Origin: a virus | Taxonomy: Duplodnaviria > Heunggongvirae > Uroviricota > Caudoviricetes | DNA: 64,000 nucleotides | IMG/VR virus record: IMGVR_UViG_2513237368_000009 | Direction: 5' to 3' (one strand) | Shown here: piece after piece, positions 30,422 to 40,004 of the stretch | Layout: each line of letters starts with the position of its first letter | How positions within the stretch are numbered: the stretch's first letter is position 1 | Translations under genes and position numbers: made by a program | Notes under the pieces: model-generated | Told to the model about the DNA's origin: nothing | Databases searched by the model: none | What the model saw: only the letters and a program-made list of their open reading frames with translations

Positions 30422-30623
30422 TTATTTACAATTCTTGAACGGAGTAGGTACTGGCATAATTTCAGTATTTTTTGTCTTTGTCATTATGACTTATAGTAAA
30501 GGGACACACCTCTCAATTGGAAATTACGATCTCGTAGACCACCCATATATTAGGTTAGCTATTACAATATTGCTATTGGTGATAATTCTGTTAAACGTAT
30601 TTACAAATTTATTTCAGAAATAA
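30393..30623 (+). CDS. small membrane protein
   Basis: two hydrophobic helices. Confidence 0.35.
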   Translation: MIWTKAERGDYLQFLNGVGTGIISVFFVFVIMTYSKGTHLSIGNYDLVDHPYIRLAITILLLVIILLNVFTNLFQK

Positions 30624-30641
30624 TAGTAGTAATATTGACAT
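30621..30641 (+). promoter_or_regulatory. conserved motif, exact copy, with TTGACA-17-TATAAT reading into noncoding region/tRNAs
   Basis: perfect sigma70-like geometry seen. Confidence 0.6.
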
Positions 30642-31315
30642 TTATACAAATGAGTTATATAATAATAACATGGTTGAGGTTGATAACAATATCCCCTTGG
30701 TTTGAATCCATAAAAATAGGCTTTTGATTAGTTCGATAGTCTAGCTTGTTGCATTAACAAATCTGAGTCGTAAAAAGCGTCAAAGAGGTCTAGTAACTAG
30801 AGAATGAGTACAATATTTGTCTACTCATAATATGATACTGACCAAGACGAATATTGTACAAAAAACCTTTGGCTGGCATCGGGCTAGGCTAGTAGAAGAT
30901 GTCCACTGTACAAGATGATAACTTGTACACTCCCTACTCATCAATAGGGTTATTCTGAATTACGACTCAGATACATAAAGGATTGGGAGATAGGGCGATA
31001 GTATTTGTCGCTGTCAACTATCTAAATAAAATGAGGAATTTAGTATTCTTCAAAGTCGCTTGGTTTTGTTAAGCATCCGTACCTTTTCCAAGGGACTGGC
31101 AGTGAATGTCATAGAATTGATTTGTTTCTAGAGCATATCAGTGGGAGCATCACCCACCATTCACATTAACACCTATTCTTTAGTGAGTACGAGTGTTGAG
31201 CGTTCATCAAATTGCCTTGCATGGCGAGAAAAATATGTTATCGGAGTGAGGCGGCAATACCAAAATTCAATGATGATAATATTGACAGAATTTTACTCTT
31301 TTGTCTGTCAAACAT
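30642..31315 (+). other. 0.67-kb ORF-free structured region downstream of promoter and upstream of tRNAs (candidate ncRNA/leader)
   Basis: no ORF over 60 aa on + strand; multiple hairpins, e.g. GAGTACAATATT..AATATTGTAC and GATAGT..ACTATC. Confidence 0.35.
31274..31288 (+). promoter_or_regulatory. partial motif copy (TGATAATATTGACAG) immediately upstream of tRNA-Arg
   Basis: 3' half of consensus. Confidence 0.35.
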
Positions 31316-31389
31316 AGTTGTGTAGCTCAATTGGATAGAGCAACTGACTTCTAATCAGTAGGTTATCGGTTCGAGTCCGATCATAACTA
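31316..31389 (+). tRNA. tRNA-Arg (anticodon TCT)
   Basis: manual fold: acceptor AGTTGTG/CATAACT, D-arm GCTC-AATTGGATA-GAGC, anticodon arm ACTGA-CTTCTAA-TCAGT, T-arm ATCGG-TTCGAGT-CCGAT. Confidence 0.75.
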
Positions 31390-31471
31390 TTACCAAAAAT
31401 AAAAATCATGGAGTTTTTGGTAATAATGCACGTTTTTACCCCAACAAGTATGAGTTCCAACAGCTCATAGT

Positions 31472-31542
31472 GCCTGATTAGTTCAATGGTAGAACATTGG
31501 TCTAGTAATCCAACGACAACAGTTCGATTCTGTTATTAGGCA
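31472..31542 (+). tRNA. tRNA (anticodon uncertain: AGT-Thr if loop CTAGTAA, or TAG-Leu)
   Basis: acceptor GCCTGAT/ATTAGGC, D-arm GTTC-AATGGTA-GAAC, T-arm AACAG-TTCGATT-CTGTT; anticodon stem has a T-T mismatch. Confidence 0.55.
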
Positions 31543-31547
31543 TTCGT

Positions 31548-31568
31548 TAATAGTATGAATATTGACAT
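31548..31568 (+). promoter_or_regulatory. conserved motif copy (TAATAGTATGAATATTGACAT)
   Basis: 19/21 to consensus; upstream of SPFH gene. Confidence 0.5.
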
Positions 31569-31601
31569 TAATGAAAAACAATATATTAGGGGGAATAGTT
31601 T

Positions 31602-32405
31602 TTGAAAAAAGCAATAATTGGTTTGGTTTCAGGTCTTGTGATCTTAGTGGCATTAATTATCGGATTATTCAGGTTCACTGAAAGAATTGATAATGGGAAT
31701 GTTGGTATTCGTTATTCTATGAATGGTGGAGTAAAGGACAAGGCACTTGGACAAGGTGTTCATTTTGTGGGATTTGATTATGTCACACAATATCCAATCA
31801 GAACACAAACTGTTCATCAAGAAGTCGGTTTAGCAACCAAAGATGGTAAGAAGACTGTTGTAAATATTTCATATGCTTATCATGTAGATGCCACTAAGGC
31901 AGTTAATGTCTACAAGAAATTTGGATCAGCAGATATTTTAAGTATAGAAAAAGGTTGGTTATCCCAAAAATTACAAAAGGCTGGCCGAGATACAATGTCT
32001 GAATATACATTGCTAGATGTGATGGGTTCTTCTTCAGCCAAGGTTCAAGGCGGTATTCTAACCGCATTCCAGCAATCAGTTGAGAAACAAGGCTTTATCA
32101 TTGAGGATTTATCGTTTGGTGTCCCTAGTGTGGATGCACAAACACAAAAATCAATTGATGATTTAATCAAAGCTGGACAAGATAATAAAAGAGCTGAACT
32201 TGAAGCAAAATCTAAGCAAATTAAAGCAGAGGCCGCAGCCAAAGCTAAATTGACAAGAGCAGATGCTACTGCTCAGGCCAATGAAAAGATCAACAATTCT
32301 GTTACTGATAAGACTATTCAGTACATGGAAGCACAAGCTCGATTGAAACATGGTTGGGTTACTACACAAGGTAACGGTTCTGTTATCACTGATCAAACAA
32401 AGTAG
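31602..32405 (+). CDS. SPFH/band-7 (prohibitin/stomatin-like) membrane protein
   Basis: N-terminal TM anchor then NVGIRYSMNGG...GVHFV core; coiled-coil A/K/E-rich C-terminus. Confidence 0.5.
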   Translation: MKKAIIGLVSGLVILVALIIGLFRFTERIDNGNVGIRYSMNGGVKDKALGQGVHFVGFDYVTQYPIRTQTVHQEVGLATKDGKKTVVNISYAYHVDATKAVNVYKKFGSADILSIEKGWLSQKLQKAGRDTMSEYTLLDVMGSSSAKVQGGILTAFQQSVEKQGFIIEDLSFGVPSVDAQTQKSIDDLIKAGQDNKRAELEAKSKQIKAEAAAKAKLTRADATAQANEKINNSVTDKTIQYMEAQARLKHGWVTTQGNGSVITDQTK

Positions 32406-32414
32406 GTGTGAGTC

Positions 32415-32618
32415 ATGGTATTTTTCGTAACTAAAATACTCATATTACTAATCATCATTATTTTATTGGCTATTGCTTATATCTTAGTTAAACAATATTT
32501 TAGCCATACCAATAAGAACAAGAGCAAAACACGCATTAATGTTACTGATCGTAATGGAAATATTACACAAGTTAATGTCAATGGTGAGACTGTAAATATT
32601 GAATCAAAAAAAGATTAG
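32415..32618 (+). CDS. small membrane protein
   Basis: single TM, follows SPFH gene. Confidence 0.4.
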   Translation: MVFFVTKILILLIIIILLAIAYILVKQYFSHTNKNKSKTRINVTDRNGNITQVNVNGETVNIESKKD

Positions 32619-32858
32619 GATGAAAATGGACAAGCCATTAATGGGAAATGCAAATTTTCCCTCATTCTTATTCCATAGCTTACTATGGAAAATAAAAATA
32701 TGCTTTGTCTCGTATTTTTATTTGTTACACTTCAACTTCAACGAAAAATAAGAACCGAACAGAGGTGATAGTATATGATGATCTTTACATAGTATCAGCA
32801 TTTAAAGTTGCTGGTACTATGTTTTTTTTTGACACAATAATAAAAAAGGGGCGTGTAT

Positions 32859-33500
32859 ATGGCTGTGATTGTATTAAGTGGAACTATTGGAGCGGGAAAA
32901 TCAAGTCTAACAGGAATGTTAGCAGAAAAATTAGGGACTACAGCATTCTATGAAAGTGTTGATGATAATGAAGTGTTACCTCTATTCTATTCAGATCCAA
33001 AGAAGTATGCTTTTTTATTGCAAATCTATTTTTTAAATAAACGTTTTGCATCAATTAAAGCTGCATTAAAGGACGATAATAACATTCTGGACAGGTCTAT
33101 CTATGAGGATAGCCTATTATTCCACCTCAATGCCGATTTAGGTCGTGCAAATCAGAAAGAAGTAGACGTTTATGACGAGCTGCTAGACAATATGTTGGAG
33201 CGTATCAGTAAATCAGATATTAATACTGCTCCAGACTTATTGGTTCATATTAGAGTATCATTCGATACCATGATGAAACGTATTGTTAAACGTGGACGTG
33301 AGTACGAACAGATTGAGAATGATCCAGACTTGTATGAATATTACAATGAACTGAATCGGAGATATGATAGATGGTACAATGATTTTGATATTTGTCCAAA
33401 AATTCAAATTGACGGAGACAAGTATGATTTCGTTGAAAACCCAGACGATGCTGAGAAAGTTTTAAAAGACATTGAAACGAAGTTAGCTGAAATCAGATAG
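32859..33500 (+). CDS. deoxynucleoside kinase (dAK/dGK/dCK family)
   Basis: Walker A LSGTIGAGKSS, FYESVDDNEVLPLFY, LDRSIYED (ERS-like) motifs; ATG 32859 after AAAAGGGG. Confidence 0.6.
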   Translation: MAVIVLSGTIGAGKSSLTGMLAEKLGTTAFYESVDDNEVLPLFYSDPKKYAFLLQIYFLNKRFASIKAALKDDNNILDRSIYEDSLLFHLNADLGRANQKEVDVYDELLDNMLERISKSDINTAPDLLVHIRVSFDTMMKRIVKRGREYEQIENDPDLYEYYNELNRRYDRWYNDFDICPKIQIDGDKYDFVENPDDAEKVLKDIETKLAEIR

Positions 33501-33515
33501 TATTAATATTGAAAT
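33497..33515 (+). promoter_or_regulatory. degenerate motif copy (ATAGTATTAATATTGAAAT)
   Basis: partial consensus. Confidence 0.3.
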
Positions 33516-33537
33516 ATGACAGTAGTCATATTTTTTT
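33514..33537 (+). terminator. rho-independent terminator ATATGAC..GTCATAT + T7
   Basis: seen directly. Confidence 0.55.
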
Positions 33538-33606
33538 ATTACCTCTAATTTTTTGGTTGTTTTTTCACACCATTCATAATATAATTAATCATATAAAAAG
33601 ATAAAA

Positions 33607-34188
33607 TTGAAAATGATAAGTGGGGATATTATTATGGCAATGACAATGGAACGTAAATTACAATATCTAAGAACATTAGCAGCAGAAAGCACGTACCTAA
33701 AACTCGGTACACGTTATCACTTAATTATATCTGATCACGAAGCACCTGTGTTGTTTAAAAATGCTGTAAAGAAAACGGGCTTTTGGGGTAGTGTTACAGG
33801 CGGAACAACTGGTTGGGCTTATATTGCATGTAAATCAATGGTTGTTAGGTTAGACGAAAGATATGAAGACAAGAACGTTGGTGGCGGAAGTTTTGGTAAG
33901 TCTTTAGCTGGAGAGTTGTTATTTGGTACTGCTGGAGCTATTGTAGGTGGCGCTGGTAGAGGTGTTCAAAAATCAAGATTAACAAAACTTAATATCAATA
34001 TTTATGACAAAGACAATATGACGATGATACCTTTTCTGCAACTTAGATTGTTAGCAGCACCATGCGATTCACGTTCAATTACTTATCAACAAAAAATTGA
34101 TTGGGTACAAAAATTCATACAACTAACTACAAAATATGGAGCAAGTTTTCAAGGCGAAGAACGCAAACCTGATATCGCTGCTGATTAA
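33607..34188 (+). CDS. hypothetical Gly-rich protein
   Basis: ORF track; GGGSFGKSLAGELLFGTAGAIVGGAGRG. Confidence 0.4.
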   Translation: MKMISGDIIMAMTMERKLQYLRTLAAESTYLKLGTRYHLIISDHEAPVLFKNAVKKTGFWGSVTGGTTGWAYIACKSMVVRLDERYEDKNVGGGSFGKSLAGELLFGTAGAIVGGAGRGVQKSRLTKLNINIYDKDNMTMIPFLQLRLLAAPCDSRSITYQQKIDWVQKFIQLTTKYGASFQGEERKPDIAAD

Positions 34189-34275
34189 TTATAGTTGTAT
34201 GATTATGTAAGTAATACCTTGAACATTGTCTTAGAATGCGCCTGTCAGCATACATTAAAAAAAGAGTAAAAGAAA

Positions 34276-34304
34276 AAGACTAACCAATTTGGCTAGTCTT
34301 TTTA
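34276..34304. terminator. bidirectional terminator between convergent genes (AAAGACTAACC..GGCTAGTCTTTTT)
   Basis: hairpin with A-run upstream and T-run downstream. Confidence 0.5.
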
Positions 34305-34314
34305 AATAGAAATA

Positions 34315-35229
34315 TTAAGATAGGACAGACAGTAAAAATGTTTCATTAAGAACATCTAGTATCTCATCTTCATTAAATTTATATGTCAATCTAATCATTT
34401 TGATATTGTTGTCTTTACAATATTTATCTTTTTGTCTATCGTGGATGTTGAGCTTCATTTTATATTCTTTCCCACCAAAGAAATCAACCGCTTTATAATG
34501 TTGTTTTCCATCATACTCAATCATGATATTATAGTCTGGTAGATAAAAGTCAAAGCGTAGGTCTTTCTTATCCTTTAATCCTTCTACTTTATATTGTGGT
34601 ATATCTTTAATATTATTATCTACAAACCATTGATGTATAAATCTTTCGTGCTTTGATATAGCATGGCATGTTGGACAACCATTGTTATGTGTGCTAAGTA
34701 TATCATTAGGTGTAGTTTTAAAAACCCAGTTACAATTAGCATGTTTAATTCTTATAGGTTCTCTTGCTCCAAGATACTCACTCACAACAATATATTCTTT
34801 ATCATATTTATCACATAATTCTTTTGCAAATTCTTCTGTCGTTTTCTTATGTCCCGAACCACATTTTGTGCATTTTGATCCAGCAAAGAATCTGTTGGGA
34901 GTTGTGATAAATATTTTACCACATTTATTATGTTTACATTTTATTTCTGTGAGAGATGTGGTATAAGGCTCTATGAAACTATACTCATTACCTGTTGTAT
35001 TCCTTACTTTATATTTAAATGTATCGTTATCACATACAAATCCTTTGCAATAAGGACATGTTGATTTATTTTTAAATAATGATGCTGGAGTAATCTTCCA
35101 TACATTATTACAGATTGAATGTAACAACTCCACTATTTCTGTACTTTTAGTGTAGCTAGAAATTAAAGAATATGCACCGCCAGAATAGGTGAGTAGTTTC
35201 TTTTTAAATTGTTCTTCATATTTCGACAT
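34315..35229 (-). CDS. Zn-ribbon repeats + C-terminal PD-(D/E)xK (DUF559/Vsr-like) endonuclease; possible homing endonuclease
   Basis: several CxxC pairs (CPYCKG, KCTKCG, CPTCH); C-terminal RFDFYLPDYNIMIEYDGKQHY. Confidence 0.4.
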   Translation of the reverse strand: MSKYEEQFKKKLLTYSGGAYSLISSYTKSTEIVELLHSICNNVWKITPASLFKNKSTCPYCKGFVCDNDTFKYKVRNTTGNEYSFIEPYTTSLTEIKCKHNKCGKIFITTPNRFFAGSKCTKCGSGHKKTTEEFAKELCDKYDKEYIVVSEYLGAREPIRIKHANCNWVFKTTPNDILSTHNNGCPTCHAISKHERFIHQWFVDNNIKDIPQYKVEGLKDKKDLRFDFYLPDYNIMIEYDGKQHYKAVDFFGGKEYKMKLNIHDRQKDKYCKDNNIKMIRLTYKFNEDEILDVLNETFLLSVLS

Positions 35230-35380
35230 TTAATATCTCCTTTTTTACATAAAATAAGCTACTTTACATAATGTATTTTATCGAAAGTAGTGATAAAGAC
35301 CTACATAATAGAGTTTTACAACTACTTTACCTATAATTAATTATGTTTATGCTTAATTTAATGTTATTTTATTATTGTAT

Positions 35381-35400
35381 ATGTTAATATTACTACTTTC
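35381..35400 (-). promoter_or_regulatory. conserved motif copy on minus strand (GAAAGTAGTAATATTAACAT)
   Basis: reverse complement read. Confidence 0.45.
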
Positions 35401-36496
35401 ATTGCAATTTGATATTAAGCTGTTGTAATCTTTTCGGATTAATCAATTCCGTTAATGCTGACGATTCCATCTTAGCCATGTCGATTAAATAGAAATCATT
35501 TCCAGATTTCATAACGTCTAATGACCAACATCCTTTCAATGAAAGTACGTCTATGATAGATTGAACGTTGTTATTAATCCTACCAACGTTATCATTGAAA
35601 TCTTGATTCAGAACAGGTTCAAACGCTTTGTACGTTTCATACCACTCATAAATCCTATCATCAACTAAGCCTTGTGATTGCAGTACGTTCTTCATGACAA
35701 GTGGATTCCAATATGGAACAGTCTGAATTAAGTCTTTGGTATCACAATCAATGAAACATCTAAATTCAGTTCTTAACGGCATACCATCATATATGGTTGG
35801 TCTATTTTCGGGTTCATCAATGTATTCTCTCACAACTATATCGTTTGTACGACCAGCACCAACAGACATGGCATGATTATTGATTACTTGAAAGTATTCT
35901 CCGACTTGTTTTTGTTCTGAAGGAATCAAGTGACAATTCCTAAATTGAAATTTTGCACTGAATTCACCATTTTTCAAAAAATAGTGCTTGTTTTTATCCA
36001 AATCTAAATTTTTAAGAAGTATTTTATTGAAAGCATTCTTTGATACATCATTTGTGTCTTGATATTCAATTCTCATGAACTGTGATAATTCCATTGGCAA
36101 AGTAAAACATTTTGTTTCTGGAATTTTAAAAAATGTATTGCCGTTTTGTTCTGCCAATTTGTGTGCTTGTGCTAACTGTGGAAACCAATTTGAGAAAGTG
36201 TTAGGGTTCTGATTGAATCTAGCGTATAAGTTTTCTGTTAAATCAGATACACTCTCCATACGTTGCAATAGAGCATCTAAATTTTTCTTCTCATTAGGAT
36301 CTGTTTGTTTGCTAATCACATCTTCTAAATCAGCAATGGACCGATCAACTGGTAGACCATCAGTTCTCATGTATTTATCTGGCGCAAACATTACGCCATC
36401 AAACTTTCTAACTGGTAATAATGATTGACTTGCGGTTTTTAATTCATTTTTTATTTCATCTAAACTATCCCAATATGCTCCCATGATTACCTCCAT
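35399..36496 (-). CDS. hypothetical protein
   Basis: ORF track. Confidence 0.45.
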   Translation of the reverse strand: MEVIMGAYWDSLDEIKNELKTASQSLLPVRKFDGVMFAPDKYMRTDGLPVDRSIADLEDVISKQTDPNEKKNLDALLQRMESVSDLTENLYARFNQNPNTFSNWFPQLAQAHKLAEQNGNTFFKIPETKCFTLPMELSQFMRIEYQDTNDVSKNAFNKILLKNLDLDKNKHYFLKNGEFSAKFQFRNCHLIPSEQKQVGEYFQVINNHAMSVGAGRTNDIVVREYIDEPENRPTIYDGMPLRTEFRCFIDCDTKDLIQTVPYWNPLVMKNVLQSQGLVDDRIYEWYETYKAFEPVLNQDFNDNVGRINNNVQSIIDVLSLKGCWSLDVMKSGNDFYLIDMAKMESSALTELINPKRLQQLNIKLQ

Positions 36497-36632
36497 ATAA
36501 TTGTGATTTATTTTTAACGAACAATAAACATATACCTACATAAGTCGTTCGTCATTAATGTTGAATATGGAATAAGTATATGTTTATTGTTCGTGTATTA
36601 TACTTGTTTTTAGTGATAAAATCGTCATTTTA

Positions 36633-37160
36633 TTAACCAACATTTATCGTGGCAATCTTTAATGGACGGCCATGACCCAATCGACCAACTAGGCCAGATG
36701 CTAATGCAGTAAATAAATCATCACTAAATGTATTAATCTTGTCACCATCATTATCAAGTTGTTTAGCATATCCAATCTTCATCTTGTCACCATAACCATA
36801 ATTTGTTACACCTAGTGAACCATACAAATTAGCCAAGCCGATTGCCAACAACTCATCAATACCAAACTGGCCTAAATCATTTGCGATAATAGTCTGCATT
36901 GGTTCTGGCAATTTCTTCTCTGTTGCTAGGTTATCCAGCATTAATCCAGTTGCTACGATATTCAATACTTCACGTTTCTTAAACAGTTGATAGAAGCCGC
37001 ACCCGAAATCTTTGACGGTCTTTTCTGGAAAGTATTCATGTTCCATTTCGTACACAGCTTCACCAATTGTTAATGGTGTGATATTTTTCTTTTTCAATTC
37101 AATCATCACATAATCAAAAAGTTCTTGATCTGGATATTCCATATTCTTGTTTGCTACCAA
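36633..37160 (-). CDS. hypothetical protein
   Basis: ORF track. Confidence 0.45.
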   Translation of the reverse strand: MVANKNMEYPDQELFDYVMIELKKKNITPLTIGEAVYEMEHEYFPEKTVKDFGCGFYQLFKKREVLNIVATGLMLDNLATEKKLPEPMQTIIANDLGQFGIDELLAIGLANLYGSLGVTNYGYGDKMKIGYAKQLDNDGDKINTFSDDLFTALASGLVGRLGHGRPLKIATINVG

Positions 37161-37173
37161 TTTCTTTCACTCC

Positions 37174-37611
37174 TTAGATGTATCTTTCTTCACCATATTT
37201 TTCTATAAACTCCGTTCTGGACAACCTATAAATATCATACAATTCGTGTTTATTAAGATTATGCAGCCTAATCCTGTAAACCAACCTCCACCGCTTATCC
37301 ATTCCACTTTTTGAAATGAAAAAGTTGTCTGGAAATTCTTCTTTGTTAGGATAGTATTTTTTCTTATAAACATTTTCATCGTAATATTGTATCTGTGCAT
37401 CATCAAACATGTCTTCATTGAACCATTCATATTTGTTTTTCTTTTTGCTCATTCTATTTTTACGAGGACATATGGGTTGACCACTATGTTTATGATATTG
37501 ATAAGTGAACCATTTGTGCCGTGGATATTCCATTTTTAAACTTACTCTTCTTAAACTAAGACTCATATGCCACCTCTTCTTAAATGTATTTCTTTGCACC
37601 ATGTTTCTCAA
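37174..37611 (-). CDS. hypothetical protein, paralog A of tandem pair
   Basis: shares KYEWFNEDMF / RWRLVYRIRLHNLNKHELYDIY..IEKYGEERYI with next gene. Confidence 0.4.
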   Translation of the reverse strand: MRNMVQRNTFKKRWHMSLSLRRVSLKMEYPRHKWFTYQYHKHSGQPICPRKNRMSKKKNKYEWFNEDMFDDAQIQYYDENVYKKKYYPNKEEFPDNFFISKSGMDKRWRLVYRIRLHNLNKHELYDIYRLSRTEFIEKYGEERYI

Positions 37612-37915
37612 TGTAGTCTGCTTTGTTCATATAGTAAATGTCATGCAATTCTTCGGCATTTAGACATTTACGTCTAATACGATAAACCCTTCGCCATCTC
37701 GGTTTGGTCTTGTGACTACCAAATAAATAATAAGTTGCATTGTAGTTTGTAATATCTAATTGAAAATACAGGTCTTCATTGAACCACTCGAACTTTTCCC
37801 TCTTCTTGCACTCCCTTTTAGAATGTCCTCTCTCACCAATTTCATACCATTTACCGAACCATTTATGACGCATATATTCCTGATTGTACCCCACAGGTCT
37901 TAAACTAAGACTCAT
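37580..37915 (-). CDS. hypothetical protein, paralog B of tandem pair
   Basis: KFEWFNEDLY / RWRRVYRIRRKCLNAEELHDIY..IEKHGAKKYI. Confidence 0.4.
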   Translation of the reverse strand: MSLSLRPVGYNQEYMRHKWFGKWYEIGERGHSKRECKKREKFEWFNEDLYFQLDITNYNATYYLFGSHKTKPRWRRVYRIRRKCLNAEELHDIYYMNKADYIEKHGAKKYI

Positions 37916-37926
37916 AACATTTCTCC

Positions 37927-38139
37927 TTATTTAGTTTCTACTTTAATTAAGCCTTCTTTATAGGCTTGTCCGACACATGCAGAACACAAGTTGTCTTCAT
38001 CATAATCAATGTTGTATTCTTTAATTCTTCCAGCATCAGCAGTAGCATTGCGACAACAACTCTTTATACCAAATTTGGATAAGGGTAGAGACGATACAAT
38101 ATGAGTAACTTGTTTTGATTTATTTTGGAAAATCTTCAT
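37927..38139 (-). CDS. hypothetical protein
   Basis: ORF track. Confidence 0.35.
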   Translation of the reverse strand: MKIFQNKSKQVTHIVSSLPLSKFGIKSCCRNATADAGRIKEYNIDYDEDNLCSACVGQAYKEGLIKVETK

Positions 38140-38151
38140 AACGTTTCCTCC

Positions 38152-38391
38152 TTAATACATAGCACCTATAATTTCATTAACTCCCGAACTAAGTTGTTTC
38201 TGCGCACTACTCCATTCCCAATATAATTTATTCTTCTGTGCCATAAGTCTGGATATTTTTCTACTTAATCGTTTTTCATCTGATTCTGAAACTGTTTCAT
38301 ATTCTTCACACAAATCTTCGATATGCTGATCTAAGAGTTTCATTTTATCTTCAAGTGCAACAATGTTATTATGAGTAATCTCGATATTCAT
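38152..38391 (-). CDS. hypothetical coiled-coil protein
   Basis: ATG at 38391 after GGAGGAAT; track start 38457 overlaps upstream gene. Confidence 0.4.
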   Translation of the reverse strand: MNIEITHNNIVALEDKMKLLDQHIEDLCEEYETVSESDEKRLSRKISRLMAQKNKLYWEWSSAQKQLSSGVNEIIGAMY

Positions 38392-38404
38392 GATTTTATT
38401 CCTC

Positions 38405-38959
38405 CTAGTTCCGTGACTGGTAAACTGGTAGATCAAATGGAAGCTCTGCAATATCAATAGGATTCATGGGTATTTTAATTAGTGTATCGACAAAATCTTG
38501 ATTGAAATGTTGGATATTTTCTTCATTAAAGAGAGCAGCGTCTTCTAAATTGAATGCCGAATATTCCATTCTCTCGTTAAGATATCCGTAACTTGGTCTT
38601 AGAAGTAAAAAATTCTTAGAATTTATTTCTTCTTTGAGGTTATTCAATGACTCGTGTTTAGATACCCAAGCAATTAAATCTCTGACATCTTTTACCCAAT
38701 CTTCAAACTCTGTTTTAAATGCAGCAGATGAATCCATAAAATCACCACCACTTTCAATGAGGTACTTTCTGAATTTAGAGTAAACATCTTTCTCATGACT
38801 ATATATACCATTTTGGACAAAATCTGACGGTAATTTTTCTTTTAGTTTTTCTGCCCTATCAAACAAATCACTAATAACTGCGTTTAATTTAACCACGTTT
38901 ATTTGTTCTTTTCCCACGTCTTTACCCTCTTTAATAAAATTAGTTTTCATTTTTGTCAT
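38405..38959 (-). CDS. hypothetical protein
   Basis: ORF track. Confidence 0.45.
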   Translation of the reverse strand: MTKMKTNFIKEGKDVGKEQINVVKLNAVISDLFDRAEKLKEKLPSDFVQNGIYSHEKDVYSKFRKYLIESGGDFMDSSAAFKTEFEDWVKDVRDLIAWVSKHESLNNLKEEINSKNFLLLRPSYGYLNERMEYSAFNLEDAALFNEENIQHFNQDFVDTLIKIPMNPIDIAELPFDLPVYQSRN

Positions 38960-39236
38960 CCTTTCTGTTTTTGAGCTTGAATTTCACCAACATGATAAGC
39001 CATAAAATAAATGTAAATATAATACACCCAACTACACCAATGCCAACGTAACATCTAACCAACAAGAAATCTGATGAGACATGGAAATGGTTGACAAATA
39101 TAAAGTAATAAATCAAATATAAAATACAGCCAATCATTGTTATCAAGCTACCCAAAAATATAATCACTTCTACCATTTCAAGAACAGCATTAGCAACCTC
39201 TGAAAAGGTGGGAGGCTTTTTACCTTTTAAAAACAT
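38940..39236 (-). CDS. small membrane protein
   Basis: two TM helices. Confidence 0.4.
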   Translation of the reverse strand: MFLKGKKPPTFSEVANAVLEMVEVIIFLGSLITMIGCILYLIYYFIFVNHFHVSSDFLLVRCYVGIGVVGCIIFTFILWLIMLVKFKLKNRKDDKNEN

Positions 39237-39246
39237 ATAATCTCTC

Positions 39247-39975
39247 CTATCTATCTATTAATTCAGCTTGACGTTCAACCCAATTGTAGAACTGCCTATC
39301 ATGCTCTTTGATTGATGACATTATATGATTATTATTGTTTACTTGTATAATCAAATCGTAATAATCTTCATCGTCAATGCGGATTACGTCTGGCATAAAA
39401 TTAGCATTTTTCTTTTTCCTGTTGTACACGACCCAAACCATAGCAAGAGATTTGGTATAATCAAAAATATCATCGTGAAAATAGGGCTTATCGGACAATT
39501 TGTCATAATCCTTGATTTGTTTAATTGCCTTCAGCATTTCGTTTCTAGAAAACGTTTCTTCATTTGTGGGTAGATTAAAACGACTACCGAAATAGTCATC
39601 AAATTGATAATCGGGTACATCTTCCCAAGTCATAAAACGCTTGTGGTATATGATATTAACGATTTGAGACACTAATTCTAATATAAGCAAGGTAAAAACA
39701 ATTATACCCATGATGTGATACTCTATAAATACACTCCCCACAATACATAAACAGAATAAAAAAAGTAATGTAATCATTAATTTGAAAAATATTACACAAG
39801 TTCTATCCCAGATATAATTTGGTAGGCTTAATGATTTATAAATATTATTTAGTGTAATATCATTTTCTAGGCTGATTGAATTTCTACGCCTTAGAACCGC
39901 TAATAATGTATTGATTTGAATTTGTTTTTCAGAACTCTCGATAATATATTCTGTTACTTCTACCTTCTTTTCCAT
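39247..39975 (-). CDS. membrane protein
   Basis: central TM helices. Confidence 0.45.
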   Translation of the reverse strand: MEKKVEVTEYIIESSEKQIQINTLLAVLRRRNSISLENDITLNNIYKSLSLPNYIWDRTCVIFFKLMITLLFLFCLCIVGSVFIEYHIMGIIVFTLLILELVSQIVNIIYHKRFMTWEDVPDYQFDDYFGSRFNLPTNEETFSRNEMLKAIKQIKDYDKLSDKPYFHDDIFDYTKSLAMVWVVYNRKKKNANFMPDVIRIDDEDYYDLIIQVNNNNHIMSSIKEHDRQFYNWVERQAELIDR

Positions 39976-40004
39976 ATTTCTCTCCTGTTATAATGTCAAG
40001 ATTA

